Notes under the pieces: generated by a model | The model's database searches: none | What the model was told of the DNA's origin: nothing | The model's input: only the letters and a program-made list of their open reading frames with translations | Source: Azolla caroliniana | Lineage: Eukaryota; Plantae; Polypodiophyta | Assembly (NCBI GenBank): GCA_043228905.1 | Contig: JBHGNT010000016.1 | Span: forward strand, 16,058,001-16,122,000 | Length of the DNA: 64,000 nucleotides | Direction of reading: 5' to 3' | In this document: positions 24,746-36,700 of the stretch, piece by piece | Position numbering within the stretch: position 1 is the first letter of the stretch | How the letters are laid out: the number at the start of each line of letters is the position of its first letter | Position numbers and translations under genes: made by a program

Positions 24746-27700
24746 ATTGTGCGTTGTCGTCCTTTGTCCGGATGTGCTGAGCTACCTTTGTAGCTAGTTT
24801 CTCTTCAAGAGTTTTTACTGCCTTCCGTTCGTTAGCCCATATCTCCTTTTCTCTGTCTGAGGATTGGCGTAGTTTTGCTCGAAGACGGTCAATTTCGGAT
24901 TCTGCTAGATGGCGGTCTGAGCCTCGATTTCTTCTTTTAGAGCGTCAATGACATGGTTCGGTGGCGGGGTTGCATGTTGCACCGTAGTCGCATGAGCTTC
25001 CAACTCCGCGATGCGTGCATTGGCTTTTTGCAGTTTGGCTTCGGTCAATTTAACCGTCTTCCAGACATTCTTATTTTTTATGGCCATCTCCTTGGCGCCC
25101 GTGTTGACCTTTGCCAGTTCCCAATGGACTTCGACTAGGGCCGTGTTTAAGGGCGGTATCTCCATCCCCACTCGCCGTACCCCGGCATTCCTCTGTCTGC
25201 CGACCGTGGCTAGCCGGTCCTCATCGTAGCTCTCCGTTGTTTCTGTTAGGGCGTGCTCGATCATCTGGCGTTCCGCAGGCTCCTTGGCCATTCGTTGGGA
25301 AGCTTTGACCTATTGTGTTGCCAGGAACACCATGAGCTCAAAAGAAGTACCGAACTGCAAGAGGGCGCTGAACTCATGGGCCGTATCTGGGATATCTGGA
25401 TATGCCAAAACCTCGCTTTCCGCCGTCAATACGGCTTTCCCTCGTTGGGACTGAGTCGTAATAATCGGTCGTGGCTCCTGGATGATTTCGAAGGTGGTAT
25501 TCGGTTCCGCTGTTGCGGCGACTTCGCCTTCGGTCGGTGTCTCCGTTGCCGTGGTGGCGTTTTTTACCAACCCCCGCCCATTTTTCCTGTCCAATCTGCG
25601 CCATTTTGGTCTGGGGGTTTCCCGCCGTGTTTCGGTGTCTGGTTCTGGAGCTACTTCCATGGAGCGTCTCGGTTGTTCCTCCTGCGTTGTCTGTCTGTCC
25701 GGCTGGTCGGTAGGAGGTGTTGTCCTTGGGTCTGGCTGGGCCGGTTGGGGTGCCTCTTCCCACTCTGGGGCCGATAACTCTGCTAACCTGCGTTTCGCAG
25801 ATCGGGGCGGGGCCCGTGGGTTGGCTGGGTTGCGGTGCTGGCAGGCCTCGGGGTGGAAATAGTACCGTAAGGTATTGTTGGATGATCGGCCTGAGCTTTT
25901 TGCCTGCTTGGTACGCATGCAAGCCTTCCCTTAACGTTGGCCCTGTGATGACCCCCCAGTCGACGGCACGCCCTTCAAAGGTATCGATAATGATGCCCAC
26001 TTTCTGCTTAAGCATCCCATATGCGTTGACATGTACACAGTCGACTTCTAGCAGGAACTTGGCAACTTCACGGAAGAAGGGATCCGGAATTTGTTTTGTT
26101 CTATAGACCTTGGCAGAGGAGGAATATGGCCCAAAATACCGTTGTAGTGCCTCTGCAGGAGGTATTTCGAAATGTCTTTCACCTAGTGACGATAGGCCCA
26201 ACTTTTTTCGGATGGAAGAGTTGGTGACCGTGTCGATGTTAAGCTTCCTGGCGATGTCCATGGCGTCCGGGTGCGGAGGTGCTTCTGCGACCCAAATGTA
26301 ACCATCCAGGTGTTTCTCCACGAGCCATCAGCGTAGGGCAGTAGAGATGAAGATCGACATCGCCAGAGTAGGTTCGTGGGGAGGAGACAGGTGGTTGTGG
26401 TGAGTTGGAGCTCTGAGATAGGATGGGGAAGATGGTGAGGAGGAGCGATGGGAGCGCTGATAGCTAGAAGATGGGTTTCTACTTTGTGCAGAAAATCTTC
26501 TGTTTCCTTCTTTTTGTGGCTTAGGGTTCATTGGGCGGTGAGCCATCGTGGTGCCGCGTGTTCTTGAACTAGGATTTTGTGCATGCCTTTAGTCGTTTTA
26601 ATAGTCACTATCTTTTCTTTTTCTTTTTTTCTTTTTTTCTTTTTTGTTTGGAACGGTTATTTACAACCTATTTTTACATTATAGTACAAATGGGGCTATC
26701 CATTTTACGTTGCAGGTTCCCCGGCTCTGTCCCATTCGGCGGTGAATGGGTTAGGTGGCGTAGGGTCCAAGTAAGGTTTGAGCCGAAATCCGTTCACCTT
26801 TTGCCGTACTTCTTCTCCAGCCAACGTTCCTAGTTGGAATGTGCCTTGTTCCGCTCCAATTATCCAGTATGGGCCGGTCCAGCGGAAACGTAACTTCCCC
26901 AGCATATGGCCCATGCGCGTTTGAAAAACTAGCACCGCTCGGCCCACGGCGAACTCCTTTTCCCTTGCGTTCTGATGTCGATCCACAAACGCTTTACGCT
27001 GTCGCTATTCCTATTCCAATACGGCCATGTTGTGGACACATTTTTCCCCTAGTTCGAGGAGCTGATAGAGGTGTACCTCCTCTGACTTGGATTCTGATAA
27101 TCGGTTCCGTACCTGAATGCGCAAACTAGGTACCTGAAATTCGACCAACATCACAGCCTCCAGTCCAAACGCTAGTCGGAACGGAGTTGACTGTATGCTT
27201 GTTTTGTAACTAGTTTTGTACGCCCATAACGCACTCTGTAGTTTGGTATCCCAGTCCGTTCTATTTTCATTGACGGTTTTCTTCAAAATGGTCTGTAATG
27301 TCTTGTTCGTGGATTCTGGTAATCCATTCGCCTGTGGATAATATGGCATGCTCTTCTTGTGGACTACGGCGTAATGATGTGTTAGTTCCCGAACCACCGT
27401 ATTGAGAAAGTGACTCCCCTGGTCACTGATGAGCTCAATCGGACATCCGAACCGGCACCAAATGTGCTCGTAAAGGAATTTGGCTATGACGACCGTCGTA
27501 TTTTCACGTAGTGCCTTTGCTTCTACCCATTTGGTGCAGTAATCCGTGGCTACCAATATGTATTTGTTGCCCATATAGGTCACCGTTGGTGTGAAGGGCC
27601 CTACAAAATCCAATCCCCACTTTTGGAAGGGGTCTAGCAGTAATACAGGCTGGTGTGGCATCCTTGCGTCCTCTGCGGGCTGACCCATCCGTTGACACAA

Positions 27701-30340
27701 ATCACACTTTCTACAATACTCGGATGTGTCCTTCTGCGTTGTTGGCCACCATAAGCCCGCCTGCCATACTTTCCAGGCTATCACGTCGCCCGCGTAATGG
27801 CCGCTTGTCGTGCCGCAATGTGCCTCCCATAAAACTGTTTCCTTCTCATCCTGACGGACCCCACTTCGCCAAATGTTGTCACTTCCTTTATGATATAAAA
27901 CGCCTTCGACGATGCAGAAGTGACGGCTTCGGACGGCTAGTCGTTTCTTCTCGTCCGTGTGTAATTGTGGTGGAGGCAGTCCTATAGTTAAAAAATACGT
28001 CATTTCCATGAGCCATCGGTCCAGAAAGGTGGATTCCATTTTTTCTACAAGTGTCGCTACTCGCAAGATGTCGGCGTCCGGAAAATCGTCGTCGTCTTTT
28101 TGTATTGTTTCTCCATTCTCGAGTCTGGTCAAAAAATCCGCCACTGCGTGTTGCGTCCCTGATCAGTGTTGAATTATGAAATCGAATTCCTGGAGCAGCA
28201 GCATCCACCGCGCCAATTTCCCTGTCAGGGCTTGTTTCTCCACCAAATACAATAATGCCGAATGGTCCACGTGGAACGTGAATTTCCTTCCTAATAAATA
28301 GTGTCGGAATTTATTGATGCTATATATCATCCCTAGCGCCTCCCGATCAGTTGTGGAATAGTTACGCTCTGCTACTGACAATTTACGACTCGCATAGTAT
28401 ACCGGCCTGTACTAGTTTGGTTTGGTGAGCTACATCAGTGCGCTTCCTATTGCTATGTCTGAGGCGTCGACGAACACATGGAATGGCTTTGCCCAAACTG
28501 GTGGTTGTACGACGTGAGCCTGTGTGACCATTATCTTAAGTGCCTCATAGGCCTTATCCTCCGTTGCAGTCCATTGGAAAGGAGTCCGATGTACGACAGC
28601 GTGTAGCGGCGTGGCGAAGTCTGCCAAATATCGTATCATCCGACTATGCCACCGTATTTGTCCTAAAAACCGGCTAAGCGATTTGGCGTTTGTCGGAGTT
28701 TTGGCTTGCATAATCGCGGAGATCTTCTTTGGGTCGACCACTATTCCCTCTTTGCTGAATATGTGGCCTAGGAGAGTCCTGTTGGTCACGCCGAAGACAC
28801 ATTTCGCAGGATTCAGGCTTAAGCGTGCGGTGCGGCAACGTTCCAGGCACAGTCGTAAGTGCGTAAAATGGTCTATTGTTTCCCCATATACCGCAAAGTC
28901 ATCTAGAAAAACTTGCATGAACGTCGGAATGTATTCCCCAAAGATATCCATAATCGTTCGTTGAAATGTTGCCGACGCTATCTTTAGCCCGAACATCATG
29001 ACGACTGCCACATAGACTCCCCAGTCCGTAATAAACGTCGTCTTCTCCTGGTCCTCGGGGTGCATGCGTACCTGGTTATAGCCACTGAAGCCATCTAAGA
29101 AACTGTACATCTCATGGCCTACGACAGCGTCCAGCACGCTATCGGTGAAGGGTAAGGGAAATGCGTCCGTAATGGTTACGGTGTTTAATTTCCGGTAATC
29201 TACGCATACCCGTATTTTGCCGTTTTTCTTTGGGACGACCACTATCGGGCTTAGCCATGTCGCTTGTTTAACTGATCGTATGAACCCCGCCTTCAGGAGC
29301 TTGTCAATTTCTTCTTTCACGCGGGTCACGTAATTGGGGTTCATGCAGTAGCAGCGCTGCTGGACGGGTTTCGCATCAGTTGCTAAATTGATCTTATGCT
29401 GATAGAACTTGGGATCTAACCTCTTCATGTCCTTGTGAGCCCAAGCGAACACATCTTTATATTCCGTGAGTAGTGCGATCATTGTGATTCTCTGGTTCGG
29501 CCTTAATTCCTTTGCGATGGAGAGGAACCGGGGCTCCGATTCCGTACCCACATTTACTTCTTCGAGAGCGGAAGCGGTGACTCCTTGTGAAATCTCCATT
29601 TCCCTTTCAAATGCCGCTTGTGCTCAGCTAAGTTCCAATATGGACTCTGGGTTTGGTTCGTAAGGCTCGTCTTGGGGAACAGTGGTCGTGGCATATTCTG
29701 CCGCGGTTGCTATGACATCTATTTCGAACATCGGAATAATCCGAGGGTGTTCGTCGAGATACGCCTCCAATTCTGCATCCTCCACCCCAGCCAGCATATT
29801 TATGTCCTCCGCGTATAACGGTGTTATACACTTAGGTTGCGGCGTGCTGCCTTCCGTAGGTACGCGAACCTTGGTGCGTCCATGCCGGAAACTGATACAC
29901 TCGTGTTGCCAACTCCGCTTGATATTTGTTGTCTGAAGCCATGGTCTGCCCAGAAGCACTGGGTACGCTCCTGGGGCCTCCAAAGCGAGGATGACCACCG
30001 AGATGTCGAAGCAGTGTCCGCCCACGATGATGTCTATTTTGCGAATTAACCCCAACGGTCACACTGAGCGGGTATCTGCCATGCGGAGCCAGAATGGACA
30101 CGCCTCCCATTCGGAAATGCCTAACTGCTCGCAAGTTTTCGCGCTAATTACATTGACGCCTGAGCCGCCGCCGATTAAGCATCCAAGAACTTCTTGTCCA
30201 TGCAATATTACTGTAATAGCCGGGTATTGTTGATCCACCACCGGTGGTCCATCCCTGACGTCTATTAGGTTTGTGGCGACGCTTGCCCCGAGTATGCCCG
30301 CCACCTGTGCTTCCATGGTCTGGCAGAAACGTGGAACTAG
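24746..30340 (-). mobile_element. Gypsy family B (relative of family A): PR-RT-RH-INT and ORF2, truncated at both ends
   Basis: Minus-strand ORFs homologous to element A pol (GGSGVNVIS, FMQVFLDDF, WGLDFVGP, GKLRFRWTGPY); ORF2 from 26360 (HLDG..EAPPH..RYFGPYS); A-tract at 26612-26646. Confidence 0.9.
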
Positions 30341-30343
30341 CTA

Positions 30344-31415
30344 GGATCATATGCTCAATTGTAAAGAGGTTCCAAGTATGAAAGGTGCAATTGGAAGACA
30401 TGTTATTGGTTGGATGAAAAGTTACTTTCAATTAAATTGTGAAGTAATGCCCACTACAGGCAGGATGCACCTCTCTGATAATTACACACGTCGGGAAGTT
30501 TATGTATGATGTCTATTGATCAGATATGGTGCACTCAAGTAATAAATATGTCACAAGATTGTGGAGAGCAAGGTTTTCAAATGTTATTATTCCATGTAAA
30601 GTACACATAGGGTATTGCTCAATTTGTGCAAATCTTAAAAGTTTGACTAAAGGTGCAAAGACATCAATGAAAAAGGATATGAGTAAGAAGTTACTATAGG
30701 AGGATCGTGAGGCACACTCGTTAGAAAGAAAGATGGTGAATGCATCATAGAGAGAAGTGTTCGAAGAGGCCCGAATAATACATGTGCTTAATGATCGATG
30801 GCATGGACTAGAAGAAGATGTGCTTGCTGCATATGCGGAGGCTCCCCAAAGACATCAATGATGAGTGCCTTCTTCAGATGCACTCGGTGGGATGCTTGGC
30901 TTATAATAGGTCAGTTGGACCTCACGTCTTCATTACATACCCCAATGTTCACAATGACCCTAACCTAACAGTTACAGTGATTCACCGAGTTTTGATGTCT
31001 TAGGGCCAACCGTTCCCCCCTGTTCTATTCATTCAATTGGACAATACTGCTAGAGAGAACAAAAATTCAACTGTGTTTGGCTATCTAAGTATGTTGGTCA
31101 ACCAAGGGTTGTTTAGAAAGGTGAAACTCAATTTTCTTTTGGTTAGCCACACACATGATCATATAGATAAGATGTTTAGCACATTCTCTGGATAGTTGTC
31201 TCGGCATGATGCTTTCACATTACCAAAACTATTTGAAGTCATTTGTGATGCATATACACCATGACCAAAACTGTTACACTTGAAGCAGGTATATGACTTT
31301 AAGAGATATATATTAGATGGGGGTGTTGGGAATGTTGAAGTGCTTGCCCAGTTAAACAATATAAGCTTCAATCACATTTTTATGATAAAGAAAAATGAAA
31401 TAAGTGGTTCTACGC
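30344..31415 (+). pseudogene. DDE transposase remnant, Sola1/DUF7869-like (5' part)
   Basis: Reads IDGMD*KK...PVLFIQLDNTARENKN...FLLVSHTHDHIDKMFS, with a CSIC motif upstream. Confidence 0.7.
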
Positions 31416-32093
31416 TGTCGCGTTGCTACGCGCGTGCGTGGAAAAGGGCGGGACCACGGGGGTCTTGGACTAAGGAGTAGAGGAGAAGGAATCGGACATG
31501 GAATGGAAGCTTTGCTCAAGAAGAAGAAGAATGAACAAGAGATTAGATCGAACAAGAGGAAGATGGAGACAAGATTATCAACAACATATATTAAAACAAA
31601 ATGAACGATTACAAACGGTGGCCGCGTAGGCCGCACCAAACGACTACTCGAAACCCTAACCGACGAAGATGAAGAAAAGACAAAGAAACCCTAACCCTAA
31701 CCCTAATGCTCGACCTATGTGGTATACCTCGCACACTCAAAATAGGCAACCCTCACAATGGTGCCTTCCCTCTCCTTTTATAGCACAAGGAGGGAAGACC
31801 GTTTACAAAAACGAGACTAAAATATCCCCTTTCATTCAAAGGGGATATTTGCCTTGATTTGGGGGAGGGTGAGATTGATGGCCCCCTTAACTCCCACCTC
31901 CTCACAAACAACTAGGTACCTATGTACCGCATAGTACCTCTCTCTCTCTCTCTCGCGTGGATGTGCATACGACCACATCACCTTTATACCTTTATTACTA
32001 TTACAAATACATTATGTACGTGTGCAACGTTGCACATCGCTCTTTGGCTCTCGTTGCTCGGGTTTCCGCTCGTGGACGAAAATCTTCACGACA

Positions 32094-32112
32094 TCCGCCC
32101 CCACCTAACCTC
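32094..32112 (-). promoter_or_regulatory. Polypurine tract of element C
   Basis: Minus strand GAGGTTAGGTGGGGGCGGA abutting the LTR. Confidence 0.75.
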
Positions 32113-33301
32113 ACATCCACCGGTATGTGCCAAAACATAGGGGAGAGAACACGAGATTTTCGGCCACGACAACCGGCCGAGTCCTTAGCGCCCTTGTGGG
32201 CCCGCCCGGTTTTGTCCTCCACTTCGAGCAAGACCACCCCGTCCACACGAACCGCCGCCGCCTTCCCGTCCACCATCCTCGCCGAATGGTCTTGAACCGT
32301 CGGCGCCATCCGATCCGCCACACTCGACGATGTTCGCCGAGTCGTTGCCTCCACCCGATCCGCCATGTCCACCGTGGGTCCTTGAACCACCGACTACATC
32401 CGACCCGCCGTATCCGATGCCCGTGCTTTCCTCCCCGTTCGGTCCTCCCGAACGCCGTCGCCGACCCGGTTGCTCTTCCTTTGTCCGCCTCGTATATCCT
32501 CCGGATGCGCTCCCGGTCGCATGCCGGATTCCGCCCTTTGCGTGCCGCACACCTCGGCGTGCCGACTTTCTCCGCTCCGCACTTGCCTTCCGTAAGCTTT
32601 CCCCGTTGGTTGCCGTGCTCTCTCGCGGTAGAGCGTACTGTCATCCCGACCTCCGTGTCGGTGTCCCTCGAGGCTCCCCTTACCGCTTCACCTCGACTTG
32701 CACCCTTTTGGCCCGCTTGGCCTTGCATGCCCTCCGGGAAGCCGCGCTTCCTCTTCCCGGCGCGTAGCCCGTTGCTCTCCGTGCACCTTCTTCGGTTCTC
32801 AAGACACGAATCTCGGCTCATGCCGATCGCGCTCGGCCTATGTCGTTGGTCTTGGTGATTCGCCGCGCCATCCTTCATCCCGCGCTTGCCTCTCAAAGGC
32901 TTCACCCGACCGTCATCGTTGGTCAATCGTTGTCGCCCATCCGCCGTATGCATGCTTGTGTCTTGGCCCTCCACCGGCCGTGTTGCATGCGTCTCATGTC
33001 GCGCTTCCGCCGTAGACCCGACCTCCGCGTCGGTCTCCAACTCCTCGCCGCCACCCACAGTTTCCTCGTTCTCCTTTCGATCCGCGACCATCGATGCCTC
33101 ACGGGTAGGTGTGGAGGGTTCCTCCCGATCTCGGTCCACCACCGAGTCCTCGCCTCTCAAAGGCTCAATCGGTCCACCGTTTCCGGTCACTCGTCGACGC
33201 TCTCTCAGATGCATGCTCATTCTTGGGCCCTTCACCGACCGTAATGCATGCTTCGTGCTACGCCCTTCATCAGCCGTAGACCCGACCTCCGCGTCGGCCA
33301 C

Positions 33302-33720
33302 TGTTACCGGCCGGCAAGGAGTCCAAAATACGGAGTGAAGGAATTAATTAAGAATGGTTGTAATTAAGCATAGTATGGACGGACGGACTGGAAACGGTAT
33401 GTCGTTCCAGATCCGGACGGATCCCGAATAGGTGCGATATGCACCGTTTTGTACTACGGGCCGGAAACCTATTTAAAGGCCCAGACCCCATTGTAATCGG
33501 AGCGGATAATTAATAGAGCATATGGTGTTTATACTTCTGTGTTGATTTCCGTTCTGTACTTACTTTTATATCTTACGCGTGTAATTAACAAAAGCGATCT
33601 AATCGTGTAACCTACGTAAGTCGGTGTAATCGTTGAGTCATAATCCTATGCCGTAATCACCCTTTGGTGAAGTGTCTCCGTGACACCTTGTGTTAGACCT
33701 TGTCCGGTCAGCGAATAACA
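33302..33720 (+). repeat. 5' LTR of element A
   Basis: TGTTA...TAACA; TATA-like TATTTAAA at 33470 on the coding strand. Confidence 0.96.
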
Positions 33721-33726
33721 CAGTTT

Positions 33727-33736
33727 TGGCGACCAC
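33727..33736 (+). promoter_or_regulatory. Primer-binding site, tRNA-Arg(UCG)-like, 10 nt
   Basis: TGGCGACCAC 6 nt after the LTR (spacer CAGTTT); equivalent sites at 17382 (+) and 47900-47912 (-). Confidence 0.75.
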
Positions 33737-33773
33737 GATTCCTGCTTTCTCGCAGCGAACGACGGCTTAATGG

Positions 33774-36700
33774 ATGACGAGACCAACGCACGACCTGGTT
33801 ACAGACCGAGCTCGACGCCTCGCCGAACGGCAAAGACGGGGTGAGACTTTCCAGCAAGCAGCGCACGAAATTCGCTCGGATCGTTCGTTCTCCAACGAGA
33901 TCCGGAGAGTCGCGGAGGAATCTCTTCGGTTACGGCAAACTCGCGACCAGGACGACGGAAGCAGTCTAAGTAGTCTCCGGGAAACCGAACGCCTCCTCGA
34001 GGCGCTGGCAAGCGGAGAAAACGAGGCAGAAGCCTTTTCAGCCTACGAATCGGATTCCGAAGGGGAATACAGCGTGCACACGAACTACCGGAGCAGCAAC
34101 GATACCCCCGGCGGCCCGGAGGACGACGGGTCGGATACCGTGCCGACTCCAGAACCGGAACCGCAAACGGAAGCCGTCAACCCATCAACACCGGAAGTGG
34201 AAGAAGCAAAGCCACCGACACCAACGAAAGAGCCGGCAAAGGTACCGGAAGACGAGCCGGTGAAAGAACCGGAAAAAGAACCGGAAGAGGAACCAGAAAA
34301 AGCACCGGCAAAACAACCGGAAGTGGAACCGGAGAGGAAACCGGAAAGATATCAACAAACGCCACTAAACCGCGGCCTAATACTGGACGACGACATGTCG
34401 TTCCAATACTCAAAGTATCGCGATGATCCGGATGCGGAAGCGCATGTTCATGCCTTCGAGCAGACATGGGAAGCAAATCACACGTCCCAGCGAATGACAC
34501 CGGAGGAAGAAGAACGCTCGAAGATAGCGGAATTCGGGGTCACGTTGGAAGGACCAGCGACACGATGGCGGCGGACGCAGGACCCGGCGACCATCATAAC
34601 CTTTGTAGAATTAAAAGCAAAATTCTTGCATTTTTTCCACAAGGAGGTCGACCAGACGACAATGGTGGGCCTATTTTATACGATCCGACAGGAGGCAGGG
34701 GAAAGCATTCCCCAATTCGTCATCCGTTTCCAACGAATGCATAGCCAGCTTGCCCGTGCACCCCCGGAGGAGGAATTACGGACGATATTTTTAAACGCAC
34801 TCCGGGAACCGTTACGCACGGTGTGTACGGTAATCGACTTTCGAGGAAGCACCATTGACCAGGTCATTGACCGGGTCAAAGAAATGGAAAAGTCAAGCTC
34901 ATGGCTTACACTGGGAACACTGCAACGGGCGTTACCCACCGAGGAAGATCTCCGGTTCCGGCAGGCAATTCAATGCACAATCTGCTTGAATGCCGGACAC
35001 TCGGCAGTGGAGTGCACCATGCGAACCCAGTGTGTGATTTGTCAATCCAAGAGTCATACAACGGACCGGTGCAAGTATAACCTGCTAAACCGACAAGCAC
35101 CACCCGTCCGACGGATCGAGCCAAGAAGCAGCCGAGACGAAGATGACGATCGTTGGCAAAAAATGAACCGGTACCGACCGGCACAGTATGTCCGGTACGG
35201 AGACAGACAAGAGAATGATGGCCGGTACGGGAATCGGCATGATAACTACGACCGGTATGAGCGATCGGAACGCAATCGGTAGTCCAACAGACGACACGAG
35301 CAATACGACAGAGACCATTCCCCTGGTTACCGAAGGCACCAGGAGGACTACGGCCGATTTTACGATCCACCACGACCGGACTACCGAAATAAAAATAAGA
35401 ATAATAAGAAACGGAATTTCAAGAAAGGTGGTCACACTAGGGACCCGGAACATGGAACCCTAAGGAGCCAACCGGCACAGAACGCACCACTCACTACGGG
35501 ACCGACTCCGGCTACCAGCAATGCTGAATCCAGCAATACCCGTAAAGAGTACTGTTACTACTGCAGGCAAGAAGGCCACTACAGTAACCAGTGCCCGGTA
35601 AAGAGCTACGAGAAACGACCAGCAGTTAATATGGTGGTTCCGGAAGTGGCGGATATACAGCAAGTAACCACACGGTCGAAAGGCATGGCCAAAGAGTGGG
35701 AAACACAAGAGGCCATACGAAAACAGGCGACGGAATGGGTGAAGGAAGCCAATGAAAGGAACGTCGCGGACGCGGAACGGCAAAAGGCGAATACCATAGG
35801 GAGTGCCGACGCTGGCCACGCAGAAAATGAGACATGGCAAGCACTGCAAGAATGTCAGATCACGTTGCCATTAGGAAGACTCTTGCAGCTCGTGCCGCGA
35901 TTTACGGAAGGACTAAAAACGGTCATGACAGACGGTATAACCCCACCAGCACCAGTCCTCTTCTCGAATCCGGAGGAGGGACCGACGGTGGTGGACACTA
36001 GTAGTCCGGTGATTACACCTATTGTCAAAGGGCACGAACTTCCCGGCACCGTAATCGATGGAGGTTCCGGGGTGAACGTAATAAGCCTCCGCATGTGTGA
36101 TGCCTTGGGTATACATGAATGGGAGCCATGCCCGTTCTGGCTACGGATGGCGGATACGAGCTCTGTACGGCCGACGGGCTTAATACGGAAATTGGAGGTC
36201 ACCATAGGAGGTCACACATTTCACATCTCGGCTGTAGTGCTGCAGCTACAGGCGCAAGGCGCGTATCCACTGTTGCTGGGTAGACCATGGTTGAAAACAG
36301 CACACATCAAGCAAAATTGGCGGAAAAATATGATTACCTTCCGGCGCGGAAAAGCCAAGGTCCGGGTACCGACACAACCACGGACGAGCAACGGTAAGGA
36401 ATGCACACCGCTGTATGCGGAATGCGTGAACATGCTTGAAGGATTGGCAGACGACGAAGAAGCCCAGTACTTGGAGGAACACCCGAAGATTGTACCACTC
36501 TTCGAGATTGACGTAGCTGAAGCCATAGCGCCATACTTGCCGCAGCGGGACGACACCGAAGCCGAACCAAACAAAGATGCGATTCGGGAATTACGGCAAG
36601 CACAGGAAGCATTGGAACGGGAAATGGTCGTTTCCCAACGGGTAAAAACATCCCAGCTCGACGAAGTGAACCTAGGAAGCAAGGACGAATAAAAGCCAGT

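Noticed and set aside
32111-33338. Overlapping long ORFs as host genes
   Set aside because: GC-rich repeat interior of element C, open on both strands, no domain motifs
35280-36692. Programmed stop-codon readthrough in element A gag-pol
   Set aside because: Both stops are sense codons in copy A2, so they are post-insertion mutations
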